Part shown: in pieces, positions 13,549-26,147 of the stretch | How the letters are laid out: each line of letters starts with the position of its first letter | Position numbering within the stretch: the first letter of the stretch is position 1 | From: Octopus vulgaris | Lineage: Eukaryota | Direction: 5' to 3' | NCBI GenBank assembly: GCA_951406725.2 | Contig: OX597815.1 | Coordinates: 200,880,001 to 200,944,000, forward strand | DNA length: 64,000 nt | Notes under the pieces: generated by a model | The model's input: only the letters and a program-made list of their open reading frames with translations | Told to the model about the DNA's origin: nothing | The model's database searches: none | Translations under genes and position numbers: made by a program

Positions 13549-13966
13549 AAGGCGGCGAGCTGGCAGAAACGTTAGCGTGCCGGGCGAAATGCTAAGCGGT
13601 ATTTCGCCTGTCTTTACGTTCCGAGTTCAAATTCCTCCGAGGTCGACTTTGCCTTTCATCCTTTCGGGATCGATTAAATAAGTACCAGTTACGCACTGGG
13701 GTCTATATAATCGACTTAATCCGTTTGTCTGTCCTTGTTTGTCCTCTCTGTGTTTAACCCCTTGTGGGTAGTAAAGAAATAGGTATTTCGTCTGCCGTTA
13801 CCTTCTGAGTTCAAATTCAGCCAAGGTCGACTTTGCCTTTCATCAATTCGGGGTCGATAAAATTAAGTACCAGTTACACACTGGGGTCGATATAATCGAC
13901 TTAATCCGTCTGTCTGTCCTTGTTTGTCCTGTCTGTGTTTAGCCCCTTGTGGGTAGTAAAGAAATA
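13549..13966 (+). mobile_element. SINE family A, head plus two tandem bodies
   Basis: Body repeated from GGTATTTCGTCTG; TSD GGTATTTGTCTTATAAC on both sides. Confidence 0.9.
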
Positions 13967-14568
13967 GGTATTTGTCTTATAACTTTCGTTGCAGAAGTAT
14001 CCACATTTAACATTGTTGTATGTGATCATTTCACTCTTGGAGATAATTATGCACTGTTGCTGCTGCAGCTGCACGCTGTTGTTTTTCTTGCTGTAGTTGT
14101 TTCTTTTCTTTCCCTTTTTTTATGCTTTTTAATTTATGCTTGCATTAGTGGATGCTTTTCTTCAGCTGTCATTTAATGTTGTTTTTGATGTTGTTGGGGA
14201 CTTAAAATCTTTGAGATGATTAGTGCTTCTACAGCTGTAGCAACAAGGTGTTCTACATTCTCCTGCCATGTCTTAGGTCCCGCTTGAATCAATATTTCCA
14301 TCCCCGTCCGAACCCGATTTCTCATACGAAAGTTGTTATAGTAACATACTAAGTTGATGCATGACCACATATTTCATTACCTCTCAAAGACTAGAGCTGT
14401 TGGTATAGTTGTGCTTTTACTTTGGGATTATTCTTCGTCTCAGCTAATTTATTATTTGTGTAAATATTTCAGTTCACAGTAGGACGTGTAGTGCATCTGC
14501 TCTAAGATTTCCGAGTAGAATATAACTCAGATCTATCAGAAATTATGGTCTTGTTCAACCGAATTAAT

Positions 14569-14687
14569 CATCATCATCATTGTTCGACCGTGGTCGAAAC
14601 AATGGAATTTACCATGCTACGCCAGACTTCACGGTCCATCATAGCACACATTATTAGCCATTTGAAAAGACTATGGAATTTACAATT
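14569..14687 (-). mobile_element. RTE-like LINE extreme 3' end
   Basis: AMMDREVWRSMV is typical of an RTE ORF end; (TGA)n tail; 12-bp TSD AACCGAATTAAT (14557-14568/14688-14699). Confidence 0.75.
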
Positions 14688-16163
14688 AACCGAATTAATG
14701 GCTTGCCATATATTAATGAAACACGCTTCTTCTATGCCTGAATGTATATGATTCATGTTGTGTCCTTTCGTCGATAAGTATCTACACGTAATTATTTTAA
14801 AAAGATGATGCCATATATTGAGCACACTTTTTGTCTACTTTATTCTGTGGATGTGTTTCTCTGCGTCTTTTAAATAATCATGCATATTGTTTAAAACAGA
14901 TGGAATTGAAAACTGTTTTTTAGCATCATAGGTATCAATACCATTATTACTTCTTATTGGGATTTTGGTACCGTTGACAATTTCGATTGCTCTGCTAAAG
15001 TGTTGCTGTAACGTTGGCAATGCAAAACTTTTATGCTGGTAGTGATTTTATGGGCTTCTTAGTTGGACATTTCACACTTCTGGCACGTGCAGCTTGTTGA
15101 TACTGATACTTCCATTATCATCTTTATTTTTATTTGGTCTGTATCATTGTATGGTAGGGAAAGACTGACGCACATGCTTTCACCTTCAAAATATTTCCGC
15201 ATATACCGTTGAGAAAGAAGACCACATTTCAAACGTTTTTCTATGCTTCCAATTTTCCACTTTCTATAAATATTTCACCCTATCGGGCGAATAAGGTGTC
15301 GAGAAGATAATGTTATTATGAAGGTTTTAAACACGTTCAGCTTCGGCAACAAACCACAAGTCTAACGTCTCCTAAAGTAACAATAACAAGAACAATAATA
15401 ATAATCGGTTACATCGACCCCAGTGCACGAAAGGCAGTTATTTTGTCGATGCCGAAAGGCATTTTGGGAAAGTGCCTTCTACTACAGTCCCGAACAGTTC
15501 AAATGTTTATCAGCGGATTTCATTGACGTATGTGAGTCATTGTGTTGATTCGTTTACATCTACGTAACTTAACAGTCCGGCAAAAGCGAAAGATACAGTA
15601 ACATGTTTGAAAAAGACAGAAGTGATATGGTCTAATATTTCGACTGGGGCCCATCAGGGCAGTGTCCCAGCATAGCCGCATGACGGGGAGTTGTACACCT
15701 AAGTTCCCTTTCAGCATGTTTTAGATGGGTTAAGCTTCATGGGGAGTGGACTTCTCTTCACAGATATTTATTTTCGGTGTCTCATATTTTAAGGAGAAAT
15801 GCAACTCTTCTTGGTATCAACGGGAAAAATAAAAGAGCAGTTGAGCACACAGTGTCTTAGAATTCCGAATCTCTGCCCATGGTTTTTCAAAACATGAAAA
15901 AATTTCAGCCTCAATGAGAGAAGTACACTTTCATGAGAATGATGATGATGTAAAGAGAAATGATTGTTAAATATGCGCATTGTGTTTATAATGAAAATGG
16001 TGTAGCTGTTCGCCTTTCTTCTCGATCTACTGCTGCTGCTCTTGTTAAGTTTAGAGCAAGAATTATGATGCGAATATATGAAAGTCAACAACATTAAAAA
16101 ACTGCAGCAGCCATCGTAAAATCAACCAAAACACGTCAACAATTCTAACAAATATAGCAACTA

Positions 16164-16164
<1 letters not shown>

Positions 16165-16211
<47 letters not shown>

Positions 16212-16275
16212 TACTACTATTCTTCCTCTTCTTCTTCTTCATCTTGCTGTTGTTGTTGTTGTTGTTGTTGTTCTT

Positions 16276-16306
<31 letters not shown>

Positions 16307-16332
16307 TTATTATTATTATTATTATTATTATG

Positions 16333-16398
<66 letters not shown>

Positions 16399-16460
16399 GT
16401 CATTATCATTATTATTACTATTCTTCTTCTTCTTCTTCTTCTTTTTATTATTATCATTAA

Positions 16461-16496
<36 letters not shown>

Positions 16497-16520
16497 CATC
16501 GTCATCATCATCATCATGAT
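16165..16520. repeat. Compound trinucleotide microsatellite (ATT)n/(CTT)n/(GTT)n/(CAT)n
   Basis: Directly visible. Confidence 0.95.
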
Positions 16521-17255
16521 GTCGACTCTTCTGTTACACCTTTAGTGATTTTGATTTATGTAGACCATTTCTGATCGACTGATAATAACTTTCAATACCC
16601 CTTACGGCTGATGTGAGAATAGAAAATATATGAGAGCTAAAATGTCCCCTTAGACTCCTAGAAATTGCACTCCATCTTGTTCCAAATATTTTATGTTTTG
16701 ATACGTTATTGTTCATTTCTTTGTTTTTCCTTTTTTCACATTTAAAAAAAAAATTTTATTCAAAACTGTCCATAATTTTCCACCGATTATCCTTCAATAT
16801 TTCATTTATTATATTTTTTTGTTGATATTTCTCTCCCACTTATGTATTAATATTTCTCTCTCTTTCCTCTATCGCTTTCATTCGCTTTTTAGCAGTCATG
16901 TTTCTCTTTCATTCCCTCCCACTAATTATATCCATCAACATAGCTATTGTCTCCCATACTCTATGATTCCCTCTTTCTTTCTGTCTCTCGCTTGCTGGTT
17001 CTTGTTTAATCATTAAGTGTCATGTATCATAGTCGCAGCGAGAAGTCCAAGATATTTTTGTTTATTTTTCAATGGATTAGTCTTCTAGCAATTTTAATTT
17101 TAATCTTAACTGTAATGAGAATAATTATTTCGTTAGCAAAGAGAAGCTAAATTCACTGAGAATTTGAAATAAGCAAGTGAGGTGAAAAGAGATGTACGAT
17201 ATGTTGGAAAGAGAAGACGAAAACGAATGAATGCGTTAATGTGTGAGTATATGTA

Positions 17256-17347
<92 letters not shown>

Positions 17348-17551
17348 CATAATTTGCAAAATAAGGGCAAAAGAATATGATTATAATTGTGATTGACAAT
17401 TTTGTCTTTTTTTCGGCATATTTGGCATTAGAATTTTTCTTTTGCCCTTATTTTGTAAATTATTTATAAATTTAACCTTTAAAGGTATTTTTTGATATGC
17501 TGGCCATTGATAATTTTTTTTTTCTCTGAAAAAAATGTTATCGTACATTAG

Positions 17552-17587
<36 letters not shown>

Positions 17588-18227
17588 ATTTGTTGAATAT
17601 TATTCTAAGGATATAATAATATACATTTTATGGTTTCCGTTTTCTTCACGAAATAATAACTGACTGGAAAACTGCTGGGATTGCGTTGGACTATATTTCT
17701 TCGCTCCTTTAAATTGAAATATTATAACTGGTGTTGCATTTTATCCCTCTTACTGCTCCTCCTCCTCATTCTTCTTCTTTCACTCTCTCTTGCTTTATGT
17801 ATATATATATATATTAGTGGATCTAACGTATCACATTTAATTTAATTTAAGAAGTTATTTCGTTAGACAATATATCTCATTATTAGGTGGCATATTTATT
17901 ATGTTATATTAAATTTTAAGTTAGTTATAGGTATTATATCATTTGATATTTTGTCAACTATGTAATAGATTGAAATATTAAATCTATAGATACTACACAT
18001 GTATATTAATTATATAGTTAGCTTATTTAATGAGTTTGTCTATATTTGAAACATTTCTTATTTTGATTAAAATTTAATGACTTGTACTAGCATTGTGTAT
18101 TTTAATATATTTTGACGTATATAATAATTTAAGTAATGTTTTAGTTTTCACTTATGTATATTTAGTATTTATATACATATTAAAGTATATTTATTGATTA
18201 ATTATTATATTATTCTAGTTTATTTTT

Positions 18228-18316
18228 TAACCTGATGAGTGGCTATATTTATATCGAAGTGATTTTACTACTACTATAATCATTTCTTCAATATAGCCAC
18301 GAAAGAAGTGTCGTTA
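18228..18316 (+). ncRNA. Type I hammerhead ribozyme with extended stem II, in a PLE pLTR
   Basis: TAAC-CTGATGA-GTGGCTATATT...AATATAGCCAC-GAAAg(aagt)GTC-GTTA; inner stem GAAGTGATT/AATCATTTC; one mismatch at the 15.2 position. Confidence 0.75.
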
Positions 18317-18494
18317 TTCTACCAATCATAAACGTTTTATAATTTTTTTTGCAATTTACTTTGTAAAAGCAGTCATCGTAATTATTATTTTGTCTTGTTG
18401 TTGAGAGAGGCTCCCTTTCTTTCCTGATGAGAAAATTGCATCTTACACCGTTTATTCCTTTGGAATAAAACCATGTTGTCTTCTAATCATATGT

Positions 18495-19345
18495 CGAACC
18501 AATCTAACTTAAAATCTATACTGTTGTCTTTAAGACGCCAAACTAATTTACTTAGCCCTGTACTATGTCGTTTTTTACTATCCCTAAATGATGAATAATG
18601 GTTTGAAATTCTCTTGGATAACTGGGAAGTGGGCGCACCTATATAGAAGAAGACATCGGTACCGGAAGAAATTTTACACTGGTGTATAGAATTCTTAATC
18701 TTAGAATTATTAGTCAAAAATTTAATTCTGTTGGGATTGTCCTCCGAAGTTTTTATTGCTATGATTGTTGTTATTATTATTATTACCACCACTAACAACA
18801 CTACTTCTATTATTATTAGTATTATTATTGTTAATACAACTAATAATACTATCAACAATAATACTGTTATTATTGTTATTATTATTAACATTACCATTGT
18901 TATTAACACCACTATTACTATTATTATTATTATTATCATTATTATCACCATCACTATTACCATTACTATTATTATTAATAATATTATTCTTATTATTATA
19001 ATTGTACGAGGGGTTGCGATTAGCAAGATTAATGCTGGAATTCCCGGGTGAAGAATCTTTATTTAGCAGCTTAGTATTGTGAGAAGATATAATTTGTGAA
19101 AGATTTCTGGTGTTAGAGAAAGCGGTTCTAACTATGTGGGAATCGATAATAGAATAATATCTAGAATTTTTGGGAAAGTTCCTAGCAACAGCTTCACGGA
19201 ACTGCAAGGGAAGGTTCGATTTAATTTGTTTTCCGAAAGGGATTACGAACCAAATACTATTCTTAGTGTCTTTTGAATTGTACGTTGTGTTTGTTATTTA
19301 TAAAATTAGGGGGAAATTTTCTGTGAACCGAATGATGGGATATTT
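18495..19345 (-). mobile_element. Penelope-like element fragment, Naiad-like RT thumb/linker plus GIY-YIG endonuclease (frameshifted)
   Basis: NRIWFVIPFGKQIKSN..NFP..VRTAFSNTRNLSQIISSHNTKLL, then FYIGAPTSQLSKRISNHYSSFR..STGLSKLVWRLKD..W. Confidence 0.8.
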
Positions 19346-19349
19346 TGAA

Positions 19350-20480
19350 TAAACCAGAGATGAAATGTCATTGCAAAAATATGGTTATCTATTTCACTAT
19401 TATGTAAGTCAAAACTGAAAAGATACCTGGATGACTGTTTTATCATTTTGGAAGAAACAATTGATAACCTTTTGGAATTCAAATCAACACTAGATGATAT
19501 AAAACGTAAGATTCAATTCATGAGGGAATATAGCAGAGAACAGCTCCCATTTTTGGATATTATGATACAAAAATTCAACACTCAAATTATGACTGACATC
19601 TGTCATAAGCCAACAGACTCGAAGCAACATCTCCTTTTTAGCTCATGCCACCCGAAATACATAAAAATAAATATCCCTATAATTTGGCAAAAAGCATTTG
19701 CTCAATAGTGTCTGATAGAACTACTCGGGACCTTCGTCTTTAAGACCTCAGAAAAACACTAACAGACAGATAATATCCATTCTCACTTCTAGACAATGGA
19801 ATTAAGCGTGCCAAGAAATTATACATAAAAAACGCCAAGGAGAACAAACATGACACCACATCTCATCTCAAAACACTACTGTATACACCAACTCATAACC
19901 CTTTGGAAGAACGAGTCATAGAGCACTATTATGCAAACTCTTCCTTTACTAACCAGAGACCCCAAAATAAACAACATCCAGAAAACACATAAATTCATCA
20001 AATGCAAAAAGCAGCAAGGATCGCTAAAATGACTTCTAGCAAATGCGTAGCTTTACACAACAACCACGAAGCCGATGGTTAAAAATATGGGAGCCCATAC
20101 TGTGGAGCGTGTCCCAACCTACTTGCATGCTCGGGTTTCCTTTTCAAACAAGGAGAGAGATTCACATTTAAACCAACTTCACTTGTGCCTCTGAGAATCT
20201 AATTTATATAATAACCTGCTCGGGTTGTAGACATAGCCATACAGGACAGACGGGTATGGCACTGAGATGGATAACCACTCTACATAAAGAAGTGATCCGG
20301 TTCCTGCAATACAGACTGATACCTTTAAGTAAACACATAGAGTGATGTGCAGGTAACATCAAACCTAATTTCACAGTTTTCACCTTCTACCACTGCTATA
20401 ATTGCTATACAAGAACGTTTAAATGAAGAAAATTTATTCATCGAAAAATACAGAAAACGTCTAAATATGCACGCATGACC
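19350..20480 (+). mobile_element. Penelope-like element fragment, Neptune-like RT C-half plus Cys motif plus GIY-YIG (pseudogenised)
   Basis: RYLDDCF, LPFLD, TDICHKPTDS..SCHP..NIP; CGACP; FTCASENLIYIITCSGC..GQTG; ends RLNEENLFIEKYRKRLN; many stops and frameshifts. Confidence 0.85.
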
Positions 20481-21544
20481 AAATTTGACCTCTTTACATA
20501 TTTTAATTCACGCTTACATGCCCATCACAGCATATTTCTCCCTATACTACTCTAGCTTTTGAATTATTGTGTATATCCTCCAACCACCGAAAAAGGAACA
20601 ATTACCTCCCCTGTCCGCAATAATAACGATCATCAATTACCTCCCGTTAGATTTTTTTTATTTGTTGAATCATTCATTCATAAACTCCACACACAACATG
20701 GACAAAGACATTTTTCTTACGTAAATACATAACGATAAATACCATTCAGTCAATAATAGATCTACCTTAAAATTACTCAAGTCCTCTCCGCCCAATATAG
20801 AATCTATTGTGACCCCTTCCAATAAAAGTTTAGTTAATTCCTCCTACCTAAATATATATAATAATATATATGAATTTACTCTTTCAAGATATATTTTTTG
20901 TAATTTTGGTAAATATACCTGTTAACATGAGATGTCAGTATTATTTTCATTTTTGCGTAATTTAGGCGATATTTTATTCACCGTACCCTGAATATATATG
21001 TAGTACACTAGTATACACGAACTCACAGATACACTACATGAACACGCACACTCTCACATGCACACAAACTCTTAGCGGCTTTTCTGCTCACGCCAGTAGA
21101 CTCGCCGACGCCACCTCTTTTCTGTCCAACCACGCGATCAAAGTATTTCCAATTATCTAATGGTATTGGTGTCGCTCAGTAATTGACATCAGTCGCGACA
21201 ATGCCATGTGAAGCGGCCTATCATCCGTTAGCCATCTTGTATTTCCTGGATATTTCCATTCGGCTTTCCAGAAGCCTGAAGGTGTCCGACTCCTGCAGGG
21301 AGCCTGCGATACCTGAAATAGCACAGATTAGAATGAAACACATTTAAACAATATACATGTGTGTGTGTGTGTGTGTGGCTATCTTGTCGTTCATTTTCCT
21401 TTGGCCTCCGACTTGGTCACTCACGCTTCTCTGTGCTCCGAATTTTTTCCTCCAGCCCTTTTTGTTCCTTCTTTCTGCCCTTCCTGATTTTCAGCCTTTT
21501 GCATATTTAACCCTTGCACTTTCTAATTTTAAAATTGGAAATAC

Positions 21545-21602
21545 TATAATGAAGATAGAAGTAAGTAAAATTTAAATCACTTTAATCTCGAAACGCGTAT
21601 AT
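21545..21602 (+). ncRNA. Degenerate hammerhead motif
   Basis: TATA-aTGAAGA-tAGA...TCTC-GAAAC(GC)GTA-TATA; C3 mutated. Confidence 0.45.
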
Positions 21603-22036
21603 ACTTAATCTTAGTCGCGTTGATTCATTGTTTTTCTCTTTGCCTTCGTAAATGAGTTGTTACCGTCATGGAGATTCTTAGAGTAGCAGAAAAGGAATTT
21701 TAACTCCTATTTCTAAATTCGATATGTGAAGCAATTAGCTGAACCCTAATGATAATTATGTTTATAATTATAAAATATTTGTAGAATTTTACCTATATTG
21801 GTTATTTTAACGTACCGAACTATTTAATGAAATTATTAATTAATTGATTGATTAAGTAATTAATTTAATTAATTAATTTACCCTTTTATTATCAATTTAA
21901 AATTATTATATATATATATATATATATAGATGAGTGTATTTTTACCTTGTTAACAATTAACACGGAAAAATAAATAAATAGTTACCAGGGCAGCAACTCC
22001 ATTTTTTTATTCATATATATATATATATATATATAT

Positions 22037-22365
22037 GGACCCCCTTCGGTCATGATTGACCAAGGGATTGCATCTAGGAAGTTTCTTTGCAAGGTACACT
22101 TTAACTCTGGGCAAATTTGTTTCTAGAGGTCCAACAGTTACCTTTGCATACCTGTCTCACCTCTCCACGCCACCAATGTTTTCCAAAGGAAAGTAAAAGG
22201 CCGATACAGCTGTATACCTCTGACGTCGCAACTCAGTTTTCATGTGAGTAAAATGAGGCAACGTGAAATAAAGTGTCTCATTCAAGAACACAGCCCATAG
22301 CCCGGTCCGACAATAGAACTCTCTAACCCATATTTGTGATTCCGTTGCTCTAACCACTGAGCCGT
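22037..22365 (-). mobile_element. Old tRNA SINE, D-type head with a different tail
   Basis: GGCTCAGTGGTTAGAG head and CTTGA..AGACACTTTATTTCACGTTGC segment shared with the 3620 copy. Confidence 0.6.
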
Positions 22366-22607
22366 GTGTATGTGTGTGTGTATTTGTATTTGTGTGAGTG
22401 TGCGCGCGTGTATGCATGTGTGTGTGGCTGTGTAATGGGTGTCGGATTTCCTCAGATTCGCGTCCGCATAATCCATGTTCACCTTGGGCCATTACAATGG
22501 GTTGCCTCCCCTAATGAAATTGAAGTGTAGCACTGAATCCTCACCGGTTATTTTCTCCTTCATTGCCCACAATGACATAGCAGAGCAATAAAAATGCTGT
22601 TTATATG

Positions 22608-22836
22608 TCGGCGAGCTGGCAGAATCGTTAGCACACCGGGCGAATTGCTTTAGCGGTATTTCGTCAGCCGTTACGTTCTGAGTTCAAATTCCGCCGAGGT
22701 CCACTTTGCCTATCATCCTTTCGTGGTCGATTAAATAAGTACCAGTTATGCACAGGTGTCGATATAATAGACTTAATCCGTTTGTCCTTGTTTGTCCTCT
22801 CTGTGTTTAGCCCCTTGTGGGCAGTAAAGAAATAGG
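22608..22836 (+). mobile_element. SINE family A
   Basis: Full match to family A. Confidence 0.9.
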
Positions 22837-23924
22837 TAAATATGTCTATTTTGGTTAAACTATTTGAAATATTGTGTAGTCCAGTGTGTTATATGAACAT
22901 AAAACACATTTACCAGTCATTTATACGTGTGCGTATGAGTTCGTATGTGGAAACGCGTACGTATATATGTATAACTTGCACTCACATATGACACAAAGCG
23001 GAAGAAAACAGCAAGCGATATATGTGTTTTGCGCTCAACGAGACACAATATTGTTGTCATTCTCTACGTCAAAATTAAACAAAAGCAATAATTGTGATCT
23101 CAGAAACTTATAATCTTCGACGCAATTCTTCGCAAATTCCGGTATTAAACAAACAAAAAATAAGGAAATAAAATAAGCCTGAATCCATTGGAGCTGTTAA
23201 CGAGGCCGCTGCCTTAATTGCCCGACAGGTCATTGGTGCTAAGATCATTTCATGACCAAGCACTTTTAATTATATCTGACTCACTTCACATAGCCGTAAA
23301 TAGGTATCATAGGAATACTTTATAATTAAACATATATTCATTAGAGTGCATTGCTCTTTTACGTTCGTGTTAGGATTGCAATTATTTCTATAGCAAGCAC
23401 GCGAGAGGAGGAGATGTCATGGCTGAACTCCCATTTGTATAGCATTGTCTGGATGATGGTGGGATGGACCGTGACGTTCACTGGTTCGCAGAGTTCGATG
23501 AGATCAACGTTTTCGTTTCATTTAAGATATGTGTGTGTGTGTACGTGTGTGTATATATATATTTATATATATATATGTGCCTTCATGAATCATATAGGGG
23601 AGTTGTTTAGTCTATAGATTTTACACCTTTACTGGAAGGTTAAAAATAAACTCTATGCGCACAGTAGAGGTGACCGAGAAGGCTATAGAGGAACGTGTAA
23701 CATTCGAAGCTATATACGCCTTCCTAGATCACGGGATGGAATACTCTTTCTAGTAGCGACAGAAAATACAGAGATAGATAGACAAATATATATATAGGTA
23801 GAGAAAGGGAGAAGAGAGGGGAGATGAAGAAAGAAGAAAGAGAGAAGAAAGGAAGAGATATGTTGGGACAGAACAATTTCAATATTAATTTTCTGTTGAT
23901 TGAATAATTTTTTGACGCGGCTTC

Positions 23925-24105
23925 GGAAGAAGTTAATGGCGAACTTATGCTGACTCTTTCGCCACAACATTCTCTCTTTCCTCTTGCATCTTGCAGCTCA
24001 GCTCACCTGCGACGCACTGGCGTCCCGTCCAGGTGGGGAACCTAAATACTAGGGAAACCGGGAAACAGGCCCTATGGGCCAGGCATGGTTTGAGAAGGAA
24101 TAAAC
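23925..24105 (+). mobile_element. SINE fragment: family C-like middle plus family D-like V tail
   Basis: CTCTTTCGCCACAACATTCTCTC followed by CCTGCGACGCACTGGCGTCCCGTCCAG..GGAAACCGGGAAAC. Confidence 0.55.
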
Positions 24106-24188
24106 TTTAAAAAAATAGAATTGTTTGGTATACACCGAAGTTTTCCAATTTACAGTCTTAAACTTTTCGTACATTTATCAAGACCATT

Positions 24189-24576
24189 GGAATGGAAGCA
24201 CTCCGTCGGTTACGACGATGAGGGTTCCGGTTGATCCGAATCAACGGAGCAGCCTGCTCGTGAAATTAAAGTGTAAGTGGCTGAGCACTCCACAGACACG
24301 TGTACCCTTAACGTAGTTCTCGGGGATATTCAGCGTGACACAGAGTGTGACAAGGCCGGCCCTTGAAATACAGGTACAACAGAAACAGGAAGTAAGAGTG
24401 AGAGAAAGTTGTGGTGAAAGAGTACAGCAGGGATCACCACCATCCCCTGCCGGAGCCTCGTGGAGCTTTAGGTGTTTTCGCTCAATAAACACTCACAACG
24501 CCCGGTCTGGGAATCGAAACCGCGATCCTATGACCGCGAGTCCGCTGCCCTAACTACTGGGCCATTGTGCCTCCAC
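24189..24576 (-). mobile_element. SINE family C (tRNA-Arg-like head, octopus OR-type)
   Basis: GTGGAGGC..TGGCCCAGT.GTTAGGGCAGCGGACTCGCGG..GTTTCGATTCCC; 12-bp TSD ATCAAGACCATT. Confidence 0.9.
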
Positions 24577-24844
24577 ATCAAGACCATTATTGTTGCGTAA
24601 TAGTGAAAACAATTCGCTACGCTATTGGATGTATATATGCAGTATACAAAGCTGTAAACAACACAAAGTGAGTTCATAAAAAGGTAAAACATGTTTTAAT
24701 TTATTATACAAACACAAGAAATAACAATTTTAATTAATAATATACGAGCATGTTTGAAGAAAGAAACATTTGTTGGCAGAGTAGGAGAAACGAAATCATG
24801 AGGTGGAGAAAACAAACCTCAGAAGATATTACCAATATATTTGT

Positions 24845-24899
<55 letters not shown>

Positions 24900-25332
24900 A
24901 AATCTAATAAAGCTGAAATGAAGAAGCATTATCCCTTTAAAAAGAAAAAAAAGCGAAAATATTGCGCAAGTAGTAACTAATAAATAATGAAGTTAACATG
25001 AAAGAATAAAAGAACATCATATTCATTCGATTTTCAAAATAAACAAGCCATTAAATCATCAAAAACGTATTTGACAGTATTCAAGAACAGTGAATGAAAT
25101 ATTATTTAAACTTCACCTTTACTAAGAGAAATTACTATCTAATTAACAGGTCGCTTCATGCTAAACATAATTTACTATGTATTGTACAGAGTATTCAAAG
25201 TCCATCCTTTAACTATATATATTATGTTTAAATGACATAATATTCAAATATTTTATCAACAAATTCGTTCAGATATTTCGGCAACGTTGCAACGTTCTGT
25301 TGAATGATTTATTGGCGTTATCATTATCATTA

Positions 25333-26139
25333 CTAGCAGTATAGCCCGGCGTTGCTCGGGTTTGTTTTATTTTCAACCCCTTAGAAATGGAATTTTCAAA
25401 AGTAAAAATTTTGCATTTTGTAGCTTGTTATTCTCTTTAAATGAACATTTTTCTGGTTGAAATACACCGACCACTGGCGACACAGCAGTCGAAATATCGT
25501 AAAAAATAGGGATTGTCATAGAGAAAAAAGCACCTTTTTGATGTAAATAATTTTTGGTCTTAACATGGTTCGATCTGAATTTTTCTTCTACGAAATGAAG
25601 AGCAAGCCTTCTTCAATCATGCTCTCAATTTTTGTCAACTTGCGCCGCAGGGTCTCGGAGGAGATAGTGTTAGTTGAAAGCTACCAAACCTGCCACACAC
25701 ATACACACACACACATACAAATTCAGCTTTATATATGGATGGAAGCACTCCGTCGGTTACGACGACGAGGGTTCCGGTTGATCCGATCAACGGAACAGCC
25801 TGCTCGTGGAATTAACGTGCAAGTGGCTGAGCACTCCACAGACACGTGTACCCTTAACATAGTTCTGGGGGATATTCAGCGTGACACAGAGAGTGACAAG
25901 GCCGGCCCTTTGAAATACAGGTACAACAGAAACAAGAAGTAAGAGTGAGATAAAGTTGTGGTGAAAGAGTACAGCAGGGATCACCACCATCCCCTGCCGG
26001 AGCCTCGTGGAGCTTTAGGTGTTTTCGCTCAATAGACACTCACAACGCCCGCTCTGGGAATCGAAACCGCGATCCTACGACCGAGTGTCCGCTGCCCTAA
26101 CCACTGGGTCATTGCGCCTCCACTTATATATATAATAGA
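25333..26139 (-). mobile_element. Non-autonomous Helitron carrying a nested SINE C
   Basis: Minus strand A|TCTATTATATA... 5' end; 3' hairpin CCCGAGCAACGCCGGG shortly before CTAG|T; no TSD. Confidence 0.75.
25737..26123 (-). mobile_element. SINE family C
   Basis: Full-length match; TSD TTATATAT. Confidence 0.9.
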
Positions 26140-26147
26140 TTAAGAAA

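Noticed and set aside
18495-19345. Selenocysteine recoding reported for some Naiad PLEs
   Set aside because: Fragment is truncated and frameshifted; I saw no in-frame TGA at a conserved Cys and no SECIS.
24500-24576. tRNA-Arg-like sequence (and other tRNA-like heads)
   Set aside because: These are SINE heads continuing into SINE bodies with TSDs, not tRNA genes.
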